Assembly (NCBI GenBank): GCA_963835065.1 | Contig: CAWIEK010000049.1 | Location: forward strand, 672,001-736,000 | Direction of reading: 5' to 3' | Origin: an uncultured Chthonomonadaceae bacterium | Lineage (GTDB): Bacteria > Armatimonadota > Chthonomonadetes > Chthonomonadales > Chthonomonadaceae | Length of the DNA: 64,000 bases | In this document: positions 19,229-29,878 of the stretch, piece after piece | Numbering within the stretch: the stretch's first letter is position 1 | Layout: each line of letters starts with the position of its first letter | Notes under the pieces: model-generated | What the model saw: only the letters and a program-made list of their open reading frames with translations | Database searches by the model: none | Told to the model about the DNA's origin: nothing | Made by a program: the position numbers and the translations under genes

Positions 19229-19996
19229 TTACCGTTCATCTTCTTGACGTATTGACGGCGTGGATTCGGAGGTGCGACTGGCAAGGTAATCGTGGAAAAA
19301 TTGGGAGGAGGCAGAATCTTTTTTTTGCAGTTGCGAAGGCTTGCGCAGGTAATAAGCAAAGGCTTCGGCAAAACCTTCCTCGTCCGAATCGCCCGCGTAT
19401 TCCGTTACCAGCCGATGCGCCCGCTTTTGCGAACGCCAGATTTGCGTATAGCGGGCGCGTTCCCGGTTCGTCAGCATTTCACCCCACACGAAATGCCCGT
19501 ACTCATGCGTAAACACCAATCCCGCCTGTTCGCCGCGCAAACTGTCGCACAGGGTAATAATGGGCGTATCGTCGTCCTCATCCCCGCTCTGATAACAGCC
19601 GTCCACAACCGAATCATCGTTGCGGTCCGCTTCGTCGCCTTCCAATCGGGCAATCAAGCGCTCCATTTCGCGGGGGGGCAGTTCCCGCAGTTTGATGTCG
19701 CGGCGCGTCTTCCACACGTCCGGCAGTTCGTTGTACAGGCGAAACCACTGCTCCGCATGGGGCGCGTCTTCCCGCACCTTCAACGAGGCTTGCGAAGATG
19801 CCATGCAGACAACGCTCAGGATCAGCAGCAGGGACGTGAACAACGCAACGCGCGTTCTCATTTGCACGGGTTTTGGCGGCGTGGAAGCGGGAGGAAGCGG
19901 CAGCGTCAGGCGCGGCAGGATATTTCCGGCACAAAGCGTTTGCCATGCAGCAAAAAAGCGTTTTAGCATCAACACTTGATTCCTTACACAAGACAA
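19229..19996 (-). CDS. Putative zincin metallopeptidase
   Basis: HEYGH and EEGFAEAF motifs; TM/signal segment; start uncertain. Confidence 0.65.
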   Translation of the reverse strand: MSCVRNQVLMLKRFFAAWQTLCAGNILPRLTLPLPPASTPPKPVQMRTRVALFTSLLLILSVVCMASSQASLKVREDAPHAEQWFRLYNELPDVWKTRRDIKLRELPPREMERLIARLEGDEADRNDDSVVDGCYQSGDEDDDTPIITLCDSLRGEQAGLVFTHEYGHFVWGEMLTNRERARYTQIWRSQKRAHRLVTEYAGDSDEEGFAEAFAYYLRKPSQLQKKDSASSQFFHDYLASRTSESTPSIRQEDER

Positions 19997-20289
19997 GTAG
20001 GGAGGGTGACAGCGCGAGCGCGTATCTTTCTCTCAGATGACATGCAGCAGGGCTGCCATTGGCTGCAATAGAACTTGCCTGTTTGTAAACACAGGCATCC
20101 AGTCCTGATTGCATTATACACGGATTTCAGGCAATTTAGCGCGGCTTCCAAACGAAAATGCCTGCCATTTTTGATCCCGACGCTTCCGGCGCGCGGTGGT
20201 CAACAAAATGGCAGGCATGGGGCAACAGCGTCAGGACTGCCGCCGACAAACGCAAGCCTATTTCAACTCGGCTTTACTTCTCGCCGATG

Positions 20290-20586
20290 TTACTTCTTGT
20301 CGGATTCGAGGGCGAGTTTGCACTCCGCGAGAGCCTGCTGCGTCAGGTCCATCGCCTTTTCGCGATGCCCGGCGAAATCATGCGCGGCATTTTGCAGGTT
20401 GTTTTTGGCCTGCTCCAGATTCCGCATGGCTTTGCGAATTTCCGGGTGGCGTTCCCCGCCCTTGCGCGGAGCCGGAATGGGCGTCTGTGCCGAAGCCGGG
20501 GTGATTTGCGGGATGATGAACGCTCCACTCAGCATCAGCAGCCCCGCCGTGCCAAGCGTAATGGTTTTGGATGTTTTGTTCCACAT
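20290..20586 (-). CDS. Small secreted helical protein
   Basis: MWNKTSK signal-like start with GGAG SD; HPEIRKA...HDFAGHREKA. Confidence 0.7.
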   Translation of the reverse strand: MWNKTSKTITLGTAGLLMLSGAFIIPQITPASAQTPIPAPRKGGERHPEIRKAMRNLEQAKNNLQNAAHDFAGHREKAMDLTQQALAECKLALESDKK

Positions 20587-20988
20587 GGTTGTTTTTTCTC
20601 CACTTTGTTCGTTTTTACAATGCAGCAGCTCGATGAGCGATGTTGGTAAGAATTGCGCGTATTGCCCTACAACACCGTTCACAATCTTCGACGCAGGCCG
20701 AAAAGGAATGTTCAGTATTCCTAAAACAATTTTCATGCGCCCTGAACGTACTTGTCATAGAGAAGATATTTACGAGCAGACATTGGTGTTCCTGAGACTG
20801 TTGCCGTCAACTCTTTACGTCCGGCTGATTGACATGAAGCGGAATTCGGGCTATTATAGCAAAGCGAAATCGTTGATGCGGCGAAGGAACAGCAAACCTG
20901 CGCCTCGCCTGCAACGAACCTGCGCGAAGCCGACAACAAACACGCAGCAAGCCTGCGTTTAAGGCAGCAAGCCTGCATCTAATAAGGT

Positions 20989-22626
20989 ATGTTTATGAGT
21001 GAGCCGGAAAGAAAAGAAAAACCGACGGAAACCGACCCAATCAATTTAGAATCGCTGTTTGCGCCCGTGCCGAACGCGGAAACGCACTGGCAGCGTTTTG
21101 AAGAACTGGTGCAGAACGACGCGCAGCACTTTTTTGATGGCGTCGGCCCCATCGCCGGGGCGCGCGCTCCAGGACGTTTGGACGTGATGGGCGGCGTAGC
21201 CGATTATTCCGGCAGCCTGGTGCTGGAAATGCCGATTGCCCATGCCTGCTGCGCCGCGATCCAATGGCGCAGTGATCGCGTTTTGCGCGTCCGCAGTTTG
21301 GGCGCGACGGCGGAAGGCTTCGCGCAGGATGTTACGGTTCCTCTCACGGACTTGCTGAATGACGATGGCTTGCCCCGCGCCCCTGAAGACGTTCGCGCCC
21401 GACTGACCGGCGATCCACAAACGCGCTGGGCCAGTTACGTTGTCGGCTGTTTTTACGTCATGCTTGCCGCCTATGCCAAAGCGCCCACAACCGCCCGCGA
21501 GGACGCGCGTTTGGGCGAATCGGGCGCAAACATCTTAATATGGAGCGAAGTGCCGCTTGGCGCGGGCGTGTCATCATCCGCCGCTCTCGAAGTCGCCACC
21601 ATGCACGCCCTGAGCGAAGCCGCCGGTATCCATCCCAGCGACCTGACTCTCGCCTCATGGTGTCAGCGCGTGGAAAACACCATTGTCGGCGCTCCATGCG
21701 GCATCATGGATCAGGTCACGTCCGCGCTTGGCCGCCAAAACGCGCTCCTTGCTCTGCGCTGCCAGCCCCACGATTTACTCGGCAACCAACAGCTTCCGCC
21801 CGGCTGGCGGCTTGTCGGCATTGACAGCCGCGTGAAACATTCCGTCGGGGGCAGTCACTACACGCAGGCGCGGGTAGGCGCGTTTATGGGCTTGAAGGTA
21901 ATCCAACTGGAAAGCGGCGGCAAATTGCTGGAAAACTACCTGTGCAAAATGAAGCCGGATGAATTCGCAAAGTACCGCGACCTGATTCCTGAAACCATTA
22001 CGGGCGCGGAGTACCATGAACTGTATGGCCGCCTGCCCGATCTTGTCACCCGCGTTGACCCTGAAGCGACGTACCATCCCCGCGCCTGCGCCGAGCATCC
22101 CATACTGGAAAACGAGCGCGTCGGCACGTTCATCGCCTTAATGCACATCGCCAGCCTCCGCGCCGAAGAACAGCTTAACGAAGCGCCGCGCGGCGCGACA
22201 CAGGACAACAAGGAAGCCGCAACGGAAATGGCTCCTGCACCCGACGCGCAACTGCGCCCTGACGCCCTTCACGCGAACACCCTGCACGGCGATCCGCAAT
22301 TGCTGCGCCAGGCGGGACAGTTGATGTACGCCAGCCACGCCTCCTACGGTGAGCGGCTCCATCTCGGTTCGCCGGAAACCGACCTGCTGGTAGAATTGAT
22401 ACGCGAACGGGGCGAAGCGCGCGGTTTGTACGGCGCAAGAATCACGGGCGGCGGCGCGGGCGGCACGGTTGCCGTCCTGTGCGCGGACAATTCGCCCGAT
22501 GTGGACGCCGCGCTTGTGGAAATCTGCCGCGAGTACCACGCCCGCACCGACATCACGCCCCGCGCCTTTGTCGGCAGCTCGCCCGGCGCCATCCTCTTCG
22601 GCGCGCGGCAAATCATGCGAGGATAA
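20989..22626 (+). CDS. GHMP kinase, galactokinase/arabinokinase-like
   Basis: RAPGRLDVMGGVADYSG, VPLGAGVSSSAA, PCGIMDQ, GARITGGGAGG. Confidence 0.9.
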   Translation: MFMSEPERKEKPTETDPINLESLFAPVPNAETHWQRFEELVQNDAQHFFDGVGPIAGARAPGRLDVMGGVADYSGSLVLEMPIAHACCAAIQWRSDRVLRVRSLGATAEGFAQDVTVPLTDLLNDDGLPRAPEDVRARLTGDPQTRWASYVVGCFYVMLAAYAKAPTTAREDARLGESGANILIWSEVPLGAGVSSSAALEVATMHALSEAAGIHPSDLTLASWCQRVENTIVGAPCGIMDQVTSALGRQNALLALRCQPHDLLGNQQLPPGWRLVGIDSRVKHSVGGSHYTQARVGAFMGLKVIQLESGGKLLENYLCKMKPDEFAKYRDLIPETITGAEYHELYGRLPDLVTRVDPEATYHPRACAEHPILENERVGTFIALMHIASLRAEEQLNEAPRGATQDNKEAATEMAPAPDAQLRPDALHANTLHGDPQLLRQAGQLMYASHASYGERLHLGSPETDLLVELIRERGEARGLYGARITGGGAGGTVAVLCADNSPDVDAALVEICREYHARTDITPRAFVGSSPGAILFGARQIMRG

Positions 22627-22636
22627 AAAAAGAGTA

Positions 22637-22940
22637 AACCACGGGGAACACGGGGAACACGGGGAGGAGAGGGGGAGGAACAGGAAAGACAAACCGCGAA
22701 AGATACGAAATAAACGAAAAGAAACGTGTAAAGGAAATAGACAGGATTAAAAGGATTGTCAGGATTAAACAGGATTACAAACAGGAGGGGGTACGCTTCT
22801 GCTGTTCCTATCCCTGTTCATCCGTTTTATCCGTTTCATCCGTGGTTTGATCTTTTGGATTTTCCTTTTTTCGTTTTGGTTCGTGTATTTCGCGGTTCCT
22901 CCCTCCCCTTGCCTTTCTCCTCCCCGTGTTCCCCGTGGTT
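22637..22940. repeat. Triple-nested inverted repeat with three different 9-mer arm families
   Basis: Outer (CACGGGGAA)n/(TTCCCCGTG)n; middle AACCGCGAAA/TTTCGCGGTT; inner (ACAGGATTA)n/(ATCCGTTT..)n. Confidence 0.8.
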
Positions 22941-22960
22941 AATACGTATTGGAGGTTGAT

Positions 22961-23953
22961 GTGAACAAGATACGCAAAGCAGTGATTACGGCAGCGGGAC
23001 GGGGTACGCGGATGTATCCCGCCACCACGACCATACAAAAAGAGATGCTGCCCGTGATGGATCGGGACGGCATTTGCAAGCCGGCGATCCAGATTATCAT
23101 CGAAGAAGCGCTTGACAGCGGCATTGAGGAAGTGTGCCTCGTCGTCAATCCGCACAATCGCGCGCAGATCGAGCAGCATTTCGCGCCGCTTTCGCCCGAA
23201 GAACTGCGCTTGTTCAAAGGCAAGGATTGGGCGCTGCTGCAATCGGCGCGAATCCAGCAAATCGCGTCGCGCCTGCATTTCGTGGTGCAGGAAAGCCCGG
23301 AAGGTTACGGCCATGCGGTCTACCAATCGCAGAGTTTTGTGGGGGATGAGCCGTTTCTAGTGATGTTGGGCGACCATATTTTTACCGCAGGCGGCAGCAA
23401 GCGGTGCGCTCGGCAGATTTTAGACGTATATGAGTTATATCAGGCCAGCGTTTCCGCCGTACAGCAGACGCCCACGGAACTGCTGCACCTGTTCGGCACG
23501 GTATGCGGGCAGCGTCTGGAAGAAAGCGTGGAACACGGCCAGAACGTTTACGATGTGGAAGCGATTTACGAGAAGCCGACGCCACAGTACGCCGAGGAGC
23601 ATTTGCGGCAGGCGGGCCTATTGCACGGCATGTACCTGTGCTTCTTCGGGATGCACATTATGACGCCACAGATTTTCGACTGCTTGAAGTACGCGATGGA
23701 CAACGACCTGCGCGAAAAGGGCGAGTTTCAGTTTACGAGCGCGCAGGAGCGCTTGCGCGCGTCGGGCGAACGCTACCTTGCCTTTGAAGCCGTAGGCGAA
23801 CGCCACGACATCGGCATCCCGTTCGGCTACGCGCAAACGCAGGCCGCCCTCGCGCTCAACAGCATCTACAAGGAGCAGATGCTTTCCGCCCTGGTACGCG
23901 CCCTCGCCGTCCCGCAGCAGTCCATCCCCGAAGCCTTCCGCGATAATGCGTGA
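22961..23953 (+). CDS. galU: UTP-glucose-1-phosphate uridylyltransferase family protein
   Basis: KAVITAAGRGTRMYPAT..QKEMLP, QESPEGYGHAV, LGDH, YEKP. Confidence 0.85.
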   Translation: MNKIRKAVITAAGRGTRMYPATTTIQKEMLPVMDRDGICKPAIQIIIEEALDSGIEEVCLVVNPHNRAQIEQHFAPLSPEELRLFKGKDWALLQSARIQQIASRLHFVVQESPEGYGHAVYQSQSFVGDEPFLVMLGDHIFTAGGSKRCARQILDVYELYQASVSAVQQTPTELLHLFGTVCGQRLEESVEHGQNVYDVEAIYEKPTPQYAEEHLRQAGLLHGMYLCFFGMHIMTPQIFDCLKYAMDNDLREKGEFQFTSAQERLRASGERYLAFEAVGERHDIGIPFGYAQTQAALALNSIYKEQMLSALVRALAVPQQSIPEAFRDNA

Positions 23954-24041
23954 GGAAGGGGTAAGGATAGAAAAAAAGAAAAGAAGACAGAAGCCGAACA
24001 CCCGAATACCCGAATACCTGAACACCGAATATCCTACGACA

Positions 24042-24983
24042 ATGATGTCTCACCTACTATCCCTTGAAGGACGTGATGTGGAGTCACCTATCCATGATCA
24101 TTTCGATGCGCAGAAGCATCTGAATGTGCTGCGCGCTTTCCTGCCTGCCTCCGACGGCGCTGCGCTGGACAGAATTTTTGCTGTCGCTGTCCGCGCTCAT
24201 GCGGGGCAGTTCCGAACGGCGGAAACCGAAGCGGTTGCTACGCCCTACATCATGCACCCCTTGCGCGTGGCGCGTATTGTGGCGGAAGAGTGGCAGCGTC
24301 CCGATATGCAAACGATTGCCGCTTGCCTGCTTCACGACGTTCTGGAAGACTGCCCGCGAGACCGGCGCGGAACGTATGAGCAGGATATTATTCGGGAAGC
24401 CGGAAAAGAGGTTTACCACGCGGTCGAAACGCTGACCAAGCCAATGGCCGGCCCGCGCGAAGTGCAGGCCGCCCGCGAAGCGCGTTATTTCGCCGAACTT
24501 CGCAAGGCGGGCGCGTGGGTGCGGCTGGTGAAACTGGCGGATCGCGTGGACAACCTGCGGGATGCGCTGGCGTGGGGGAATGTGGAGTTTTGGACGCGCT
24601 ACAGCAACGAAACCATCGGCTGGCATCTATTTCTGGCGCGGCAAACGTCGCCCTTGGCGGAAGCCGCCTTGTTCCGCGCTCTCGTGGAGGGGGAACGCGC
24701 CCTGCGCGGACGCGCGCCCGTGTGGGCGGACGGTTTTTTGATTGACCCGCGCGCCGCTTCCCTGATCCCGGAACACATCGCCCGCGCCCACGAGATTATC
24801 GGCCTGGCGGTTCAGGGGGAAACGCTGATTGTCGGCGTCCGGGACAAGAACAATACGCTCGCCCTTCACGCCGCGCGCATGGCGGCAGGCCATGAAGTAA
24901 AAAACGTTCATCCTATCCAAATCAGCGCCGACGCGATGCAGGACGCGCTTCAAGCCGGGCTATTTGGCTCCGTAACCTGCTGA
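24042..24983 (+). CDS. HD-domain protein (RelA/SpoT hydrolase-like) with a C-terminal GspE/PilB N-terminal-like domain
   Basis: AHAGQFR, PYIMHPLRVA, LLHDVLED, VETLTK, VKLADRVDNLRD; IDPRAASLIPEHIAR...LIVGVRD. Confidence 0.8.
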   Translation: MMSHLLSLEGRDVESPIHDHFDAQKHLNVLRAFLPASDGAALDRIFAVAVRAHAGQFRTAETEAVATPYIMHPLRVARIVAEEWQRPDMQTIAACLLHDVLEDCPRDRRGTYEQDIIREAGKEVYHAVETLTKPMAGPREVQAAREARYFAELRKAGAWVRLVKLADRVDNLRDALAWGNVEFWTRYSNETIGWHLFLARQTSPLAEAALFRALVEGERALRGRAPVWADGFLIDPRAASLIPEHIARAHEIIGLAVQGETLIVGVRDKNNTLALHAARMAAGHEVKNVHPIQISADAMQDALQAGLFGSVTC

Positions 24984-25052
24984 ACAAACGCGTTAATAAA
25001 ATCGCCCGCTTATATTTGTTCTAAACACATTGGCAAGGAAACCCAAATACTC

Positions 25053-25997
25053 GTGAATGAACACGTTCCCGCTCGCTTGCTTGGCGCGCACATGCCTACA
25101 ACCGGCGGATTACACAACAGTCTGCTTGGCGGGCATAAAATCGGCTGTAATGTGGTGCAGTTGTTCACTGCCAACCCAAAACAATGGCAGCATCCGCCGT
25201 TGAGCAATGAAATCATTGCCGCCTTCCGCAACGCGCAGGAACAAACCGGGATTGCGTCTACGGTTTCGCACAACTCGTATCTCATCAATTTAGCCGCGCC
25301 CACTCTGGAAACGCTCGTTAAATCCCGCGCGGCATTTCGGGCGGAACTGGATCGCGCGCATCTTTTGGGCATTCCCTGGGTCGTGACGCACATGGGGGCG
25401 CATCTGGATCAGGGCGAAGACGAAGCCATGACGCGGCTTGTGGACAGCCTGAAGCAGGTTCTGGAAGATACGGAAAAAGCGGGCTATACGGTGGGCATCG
25501 CGCTGGAAACAACGGCGGGACAGGGTACGGGATTGGGCTGGCAGTTTGAGCAGTTAGGGCGTATTTTGCGCGAAGTCGGGCCGAACCCGCGCCTGGGCGT
25601 TTGTTTGGATACATGCCATATCTTTGCCGCCGGTTACGACCTGCGCGATCAAGCCGCTTACGCGCAAACAATGGCGGCTTTTGACCGCTTGATCGGGCTG
25701 GAAAATCTCAAGGTGATCCACGCCAACGACTGCCAGAAACCACTCGGCTGCCGCGTGGATCGCCACTCCCATATCGGCGAGGGGCAGATCGGCATGGAAG
25801 CGTTTGGAAGTCTGGTGACGGACGCGCGTTTGCGGCATGTTCCCGTTCTCGTGGAAACGCCCGAATCGGAAACCATGCATGCCGTCAACCTTTCCCGCTT
25901 GCAGCAATTGGCGCGCGGCGAAACGCCTATAATTGCCGACAACAGCGCCAACGCCATTACAGCCGCCGCTTCGGAACCAACGGAGGCCAGCGCATGA
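25053..25997 (+). CDS. nfo: Endonuclease IV
   Basis: LGAHM, HNSYLINLA, LETTAGQG, CLDTCHIFAAGYD, DRHSHIG. Confidence 0.96.
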   Translation: MNEHVPARLLGAHMPTTGGLHNSLLGGHKIGCNVVQLFTANPKQWQHPPLSNEIIAAFRNAQEQTGIASTVSHNSYLINLAAPTLETLVKSRAAFRAELDRAHLLGIPWVVTHMGAHLDQGEDEAMTRLVDSLKQVLEDTEKAGYTVGIALETTAGQGTGLGWQFEQLGRILREVGPNPRLGVCLDTCHIFAAGYDLRDQAAYAQTMAAFDRLIGLENLKVIHANDCQKPLGCRVDRHSHIGEGQIGMEAFGSLVTDARLRHVPVLVETPESETMHAVNLSRLQQLARGETPIIADNSANAITAAASEPTEASA

Positions 25998-26239
25998 CCA
26001 TTAATGTCCTTTTTTTCGGCCATTACAGCGACTATTCCAACGACGAACCCTTTGCAATCACGCTTGCCGACAGTGCAACAGTGCGCGACCTGGCGCAAGC
26101 CCTTGCCGAACGCGATACGCGCCTGTCCAACCTCGCGTCCCATTGCCGCTTCGCCGTGAATGAGGAATATGCCTCCTTAGACCAACTCTTGCAGGAAGGA
26201 AGCACGGTTGCGGTTCTTCCTCCGATGAGCGGTGGCTAA
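25994..26239 (+). CDS. moaD: MoaD/ThiS sulfur carrier
   Basis: FAVNEEY, C-terminal LPPMSGG; upstream of moaE. Confidence 0.92.
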   Translation: MTINVLFFGHYSDYSNDEPFAITLADSATVRDLAQALAERDTRLSNLASHCRFAVNEEYASLDQLLQEGSTVAVLPPMSGG

Positions 26240-26348
26240 TGTTGGTGGCTGGTAAGGGTTCGTAAAAGAACAAGTTCCCGAATATAGGTAGTGGCGTTGC
26301 TTGCTGCGCCCAAGATGGTGGGAAGTTATAGTTTAACGAACCCTAAGC

Positions 26349-26804
26349 ATGGGCGCAATTTGCAGGAGTTTCTCATTGGCTGAAGCAAGAATTGAAGCAG
26401 CAGTTATTGATACCGCCGCCTTGGAAGCGCAAGTGGCCGATGCCGCCAATGGCGCGGTCTGTACCTTCATTGGGCAGGTGCGCCGCAACTCGCGCGGACG
26501 CGAAGTAGCCTACCTCGAATACAACGCTTACGTGCCGCTGGCGCAAAAGCAGATGCAGCGCCTTGCCGAAGAAGCCGAAACGCGCTGGAATTGTCAGGTC
26601 GTGATGCAGCACCGCATCGGACGCCTTGAATTAGGCGAGGCCAGCATCGTGATTTGCGTTGGCTCCCCCCATCGCGCGGCAGCCTTCGAAGCCTGCCGCT
26701 GGTGCATTGACACGCTGAAAGAAACCGTGCCGATCTGGAAACGAGAAGTGTGTCCCGATGGCGCGTTTTGGATTGAGGGGGAGAACGCGATTCAACAAGG
26801 ATGA
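26349..26804 (+). CDS. moaE: Molybdopterin synthase catalytic subunit
   Basis: GAVCTFIGQVR, HRIGRL, SPHRAAAFEAC, LKETVPIWKRE. Confidence 0.95.
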   Translation: MGAICRSFSLAEARIEAAVIDTAALEAQVADAANGAVCTFIGQVRRNSRGREVAYLEYNAYVPLAQKQMQRLAEEAETRWNCQVVMQHRIGRLELGEASIVICVGSPHRAAAFEACRWCIDTLKETVPIWKREVCPDGAFWIEGENAIQQG

Positions 26805-26916
26805 AGGATGAAGGATGAAATTTACTTTTCCTTGCAACATCGCTTCGGATAAATAGAAAGCGGGCTGCCAAAAACCATAGTCAAGGATGATTAGTTCTTC
26901 ATCCTTCATCCTTGTT
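26794..26916. repeat. Heptamer-arm inverted repeat (GATGAAG)n / (CTTCATC)n
   Basis: The moaE TGA stop lies in the left arm. Confidence 0.85.
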
Positions 26917-26928
26917 CTGGAGTCGCTC

Positions 26929-27525
26929 ATGGGACGCATGCTCATGCTGATTGTAGTCGCCGGAAGCACCTGCGCCCTGGTGCTGTGGCTGATTGCGCCC
27001 CGCTTGTTTCCATCAAGCAACTCTCCTGCCCCAACCGCGCCTGTTCAGGGAACAGGGAACAGGGAACAGGGAACAGAAGAGAAGACAGAAGACAGAAGAC
27101 AGAAGGCAGAAGACGCTCAATCCACAATCGGCAATCGGCAATCGGCAGTTGAAAATCCCTCTACCCGCGCCCTTCCTAACCTCGCGCCTGTACAAACGCC
27201 CGAACAAAAAGCGGTCAACGATTATGAAGCGCAGCGCGCGCCGTTTTATACCCTGCTGCGGCAGCAATGCGGCGATATTGTCATCGAAGGCCGGCCCGCG
27301 CTGGAAGACCGCTCCATACTGGTATTGTATGCAACGCGGCGTGACAATACCATCATTACCGACCTGCTTACCCGCGTCGTCAATCCCTATGCGTATGCCT
27401 ACGGGTTTCGCCACGTCCGCTTCTACCTGCCCAACCCGCGCGGCAGCATCGAACATTATCAGCTTGCTGCGGAAGCCAACTCGGACGGCAACGGGCACTG
27501 GCAGGCGTTTCAGCACGGCTCCTGA
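26929..27525 (+). CDS. Hypothetical membrane-anchored protein with in-frame heptamer tracts
   Basis: N-terminal [30 protein letters not shown] encoded by 27046-27150. Confidence 0.7.
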   Translation: MGRMLMLIVVAGSTCALVLWLIAPRLFPSSNSPAPTAPVQGTGNREQGTEEKTEDRRQKAEDAQSTIGNRQSAVENPSTRALPNLAPVQTPEQKAVNDYEAQRAPFYTLLRQQCGDIVIEGRPALEDRSILVLYATRRDNTIITDLLTRVVNPYAYAYGFRHVRFYLPNPRGSIEHYQLAAEANSDGNGHWQAFQHGS

Positions 27526-27584
27526 CAGGATTTTACATTGAGCATATTCATGTTGCTGTAGTGCGATTTACCGGGAGAAACATC

Positions 27585-28229
27585 ATGGCAAACCTTTTAC
27601 TGGAATGTGAAACCGAACAAAATGTGGAAGCCCGCATTGTCCACGTTGGCGAACGGCCTATTCCCTTTGACCACTTTTTGTGCATGGCGGAAGGCCATTT
27701 CGTCGAATTGGTGAAGGGCGTCATTGTGGAGAAACCGATGATACAACTGGATCATGAACGCTGTTCGCGTTGGCTTTACAGCGTCGTATGGCCTTATGTG
27801 AATAAACTCGGATTAGGAGAGATGCTGAGTTCGCGGATCATGGTCAAGACAGACACGTTCGGCGGCAGAATGCCTGATTTGCTTTTTGTGCGGCAGGAAC
27901 GCATGGAAATCGTACAGCAGCAAGCCGTTCGTGGCGCTCCTGATCTGGTGATTGAAATTGCTTCGCCCAATGACCGCCCCTCGCATTTACGGGAACTGGA
28001 AGCCGAGTATTACTTGCTCGGCGTCCCGGAACTGGTTTTCATCCATTTGCGCAAACAGGAAATCCGCCTGTTGCGGCGTGGCGAAGAAGGCTACGCGGAA
28101 ACGATTATTACTGATGGGCCAGTCACGTTCGCCGCGCTGCCCGGCCTGACTTTGCAAGCCGAATGGATACTGCAAGAACCCCGTCCCGATGTTTATGATA
28201 CTCTGACGATGCTGCTGACGCAGTTCTAA
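27585..28229 (+). CDS. Uma2-family endonuclease
   Basis: VELVKG, MPDLLFV, GAPDLVIEIASP. Confidence 0.9.
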   Translation: MANLLLECETEQNVEARIVHVGERPIPFDHFLCMAEGHFVELVKGVIVEKPMIQLDHERCSRWLYSVVWPYVNKLGLGEMLSSRIMVKTDTFGGRMPDLLFVRQERMEIVQQQAVRGAPDLVIEIASPNDRPSHLRELEAEYYLLGVPELVFIHLRKQEIRLLRRGEEGYAETIITDGPVTFAALPGLTLQAEWILQEPRPDVYDTLTMLLTQF

Positions 28230-28329
28230 CTTCTTAAATGCACAAAGAGCGTGGAAGTCTATTTTCGAGTGCAACAGGTCACACGACTATTTTCTACAGG
28301 CGCGTTGCCAACAAGACAGGAGCAAGACC

Positions 28330-28917
28330 ATGACTGCTGTGACGACAGCCTTTTCGCCGTCCCAAATCTTGACGTATGAGTCCTACATGGCGGAAGAAAC
28401 CGACATGCGGCGTTATGACATTCTTGACGGAAAGAAAGTTTGTATGCCCGGAGTAACCGACGACCATCAGGATTATCAAGGCAATCTGTTTGCCTTATTA
28501 CGTACTTTCGAGCAACAGTACAGGCTAGGCAAGGCGCGAATGGCTCCGCGCGACGTTCTGATAACCCGTGTTCCGTTGCGGACACGCCAGCCGGATGTGT
28601 TTTTCATCAGCAATGAACGCCGCGCCCTTAATCCTGCATCCAACGACCCGGCTCCAATGACTGCCGCGCCGGAACTCGTAGTCGAAGTCATCTCCGACAG
28701 TGAAACGCAGTCCCGCTTCACCGCGAAGATAACCGATTATTGCGATGTAAACGTAAGGGAATGTTGGAAAGTCATGCCCGACACGCAAACGGTGGAAGTG
28801 CTGCGCCTGTCTTGCAATGGGGCAGAGTCGGTTCGAGTTTACGGCAGGGGCGAATCCGTTCAATCTATCATTTTTCCCAGCTTGAATGTCACCGTCGAAG
28901 CCATCTTCGCCAATTAA
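28330..28917 (+). CDS. Uma2-family endonuclease
   Basis: YDILDG, RQPDVFFIS, APELVVEVIS. Confidence 0.9.
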   Translation: MTAVTTAFSPSQILTYESYMAEETDMRRYDILDGKKVCMPGVTDDHQDYQGNLFALLRTFEQQYRLGKARMAPRDVLITRVPLRTRQPDVFFISNERRALNPASNDPAPMTAAPELVVEVISDSETQSRFTAKITDYCDVNVRECWKVMPDTQTVEVLRLSCNGAESVRVYGRGESVQSIIFPSLNVTVEAIFAN

Positions 28918-28931
28918 CGCGCCGATTGCTG

Positions 28932-28961
28932 TTGACAATGCCGTACAGTGTGTGCTAAACT
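28932..28961 (+). promoter_or_regulatory. sigma70 promoter of the pyr operon
   Basis: TTGACA-N18-TAAACT with TG extension. Confidence 0.6.
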
Positions 28962-28991
28962 CATCGTAAGATTAAAGATTTTGAAACACGT

Positions 28992-29024
28992 CCTTTTAAG
29001 TTGGTCCGGTGAGGCTGGCAAAGG
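28992..29024 (+). promoter_or_regulatory. PyrR-binding RNA element
   Basis: CCTTTTAAGTTGGTCCGGTGAGGCTGGCAAAGG matches CUUUAA...RUCCNGNGAGGYU; upstream of pyrR. Confidence 0.85.
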
Positions 29025-29191
29025 GCAGTAACAGGGAATTTAGCAGTAGCAGGTCGCGCTTTCCGCACGTTTGCCTGCTGTCACATTCCTGATGTACGCC
29101 TCCGCCAGTCGGCACACATGTGCTGTGGGGAGGCGTTTTTGGCATATACGGTCTATTCGTTTTCAGGCTCGTGGGCCGCAGGAGTACGCGC

Positions 29192-29770
29192 ATGACTCAG
29201 TCAGGAACAGAAGCAGCCCCTTCCACATGGCAAAGCGTCAGCGTGATGGAGTCGGAAGACATACGCCGCGCCCTGACGCGCATCGCGCATGAGATTGTGG
29301 AAAAAAATCAGGGTGCGCAGAATCTGGCGCTGGTCGGCATCCTGACACGCGGCGTTCCGCTGGCCCTTCGCTTATCCGCGCTGTTGCGCCAGATTGAAAA
29401 TGTAGAAGTTCCTGTCGGAAAGCTGGACATAGGCATGTACCGCGACGATTACGGCAGCCGCGCTGCCGGACACGCGCCGCTTACGCCCACCGCCATTCCT
29501 TTTGATGTGACGGATAAGCGCATCGTGCTTGTGGACGATGTGCTGTTTACAGGGCGCAGCGTCCGCGCCGCCATTTCCGCGCTGCTGGATTTGGGCCGTC
29601 CCGCCAACATACAGCTTGCCGTCCTGCTGGACAGGGGCCACCGCGAACTGCCCATTCGCCCTGATTTCGTCGGCAAAAACGTTCCCACTGCCCTCCAAGA
29701 ACACGTGCAGGTAAAAGTGCGCGAAACAGACGGCGACGACGGCGTTCTGATACGCAAACCCGGTAATTGA
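29192..29770 (+). CDS. pyrR: PyrR pyrimidine regulatory protein / uracil phosphoribosyltransferase
   Basis: [48 protein letters not shown]. Confidence 0.97.
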   Translation: MTQSGTEAAPSTWQSVSVMESEDIRRALTRIAHEIVEKNQGAQNLALVGILTRGVPLALRLSALLRQIENVEVPVGKLDIGMYRDDYGSRAAGHAPLTPTAIPFDVTDKRIVLVDDVLFTGRSVRAAISALLDLGRPANIQLAVLLDRGHRELPIRPDFVGKNVPTALQEHVQVKVRETDGDDGVLIRKPGN

Positions 29771-29876
29771 CGATTTTCGATTTTCGATTGCCGATTGAAG
29801 TTTCCGCTTGTTCAACACGTACAAAGCAGGAACTATCAATCCCCAATCGAAAATCGAAAATCGAAAATCGAAAATC
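29768..29876. repeat. Heptamer-arm inverted repeat (CGATTTT)n / (AAAATCG)n
   Basis: Fills the gap from the pyrR stop to the pyrB ATG. Confidence 0.85.
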
Positions 29877-29878
29877 CT

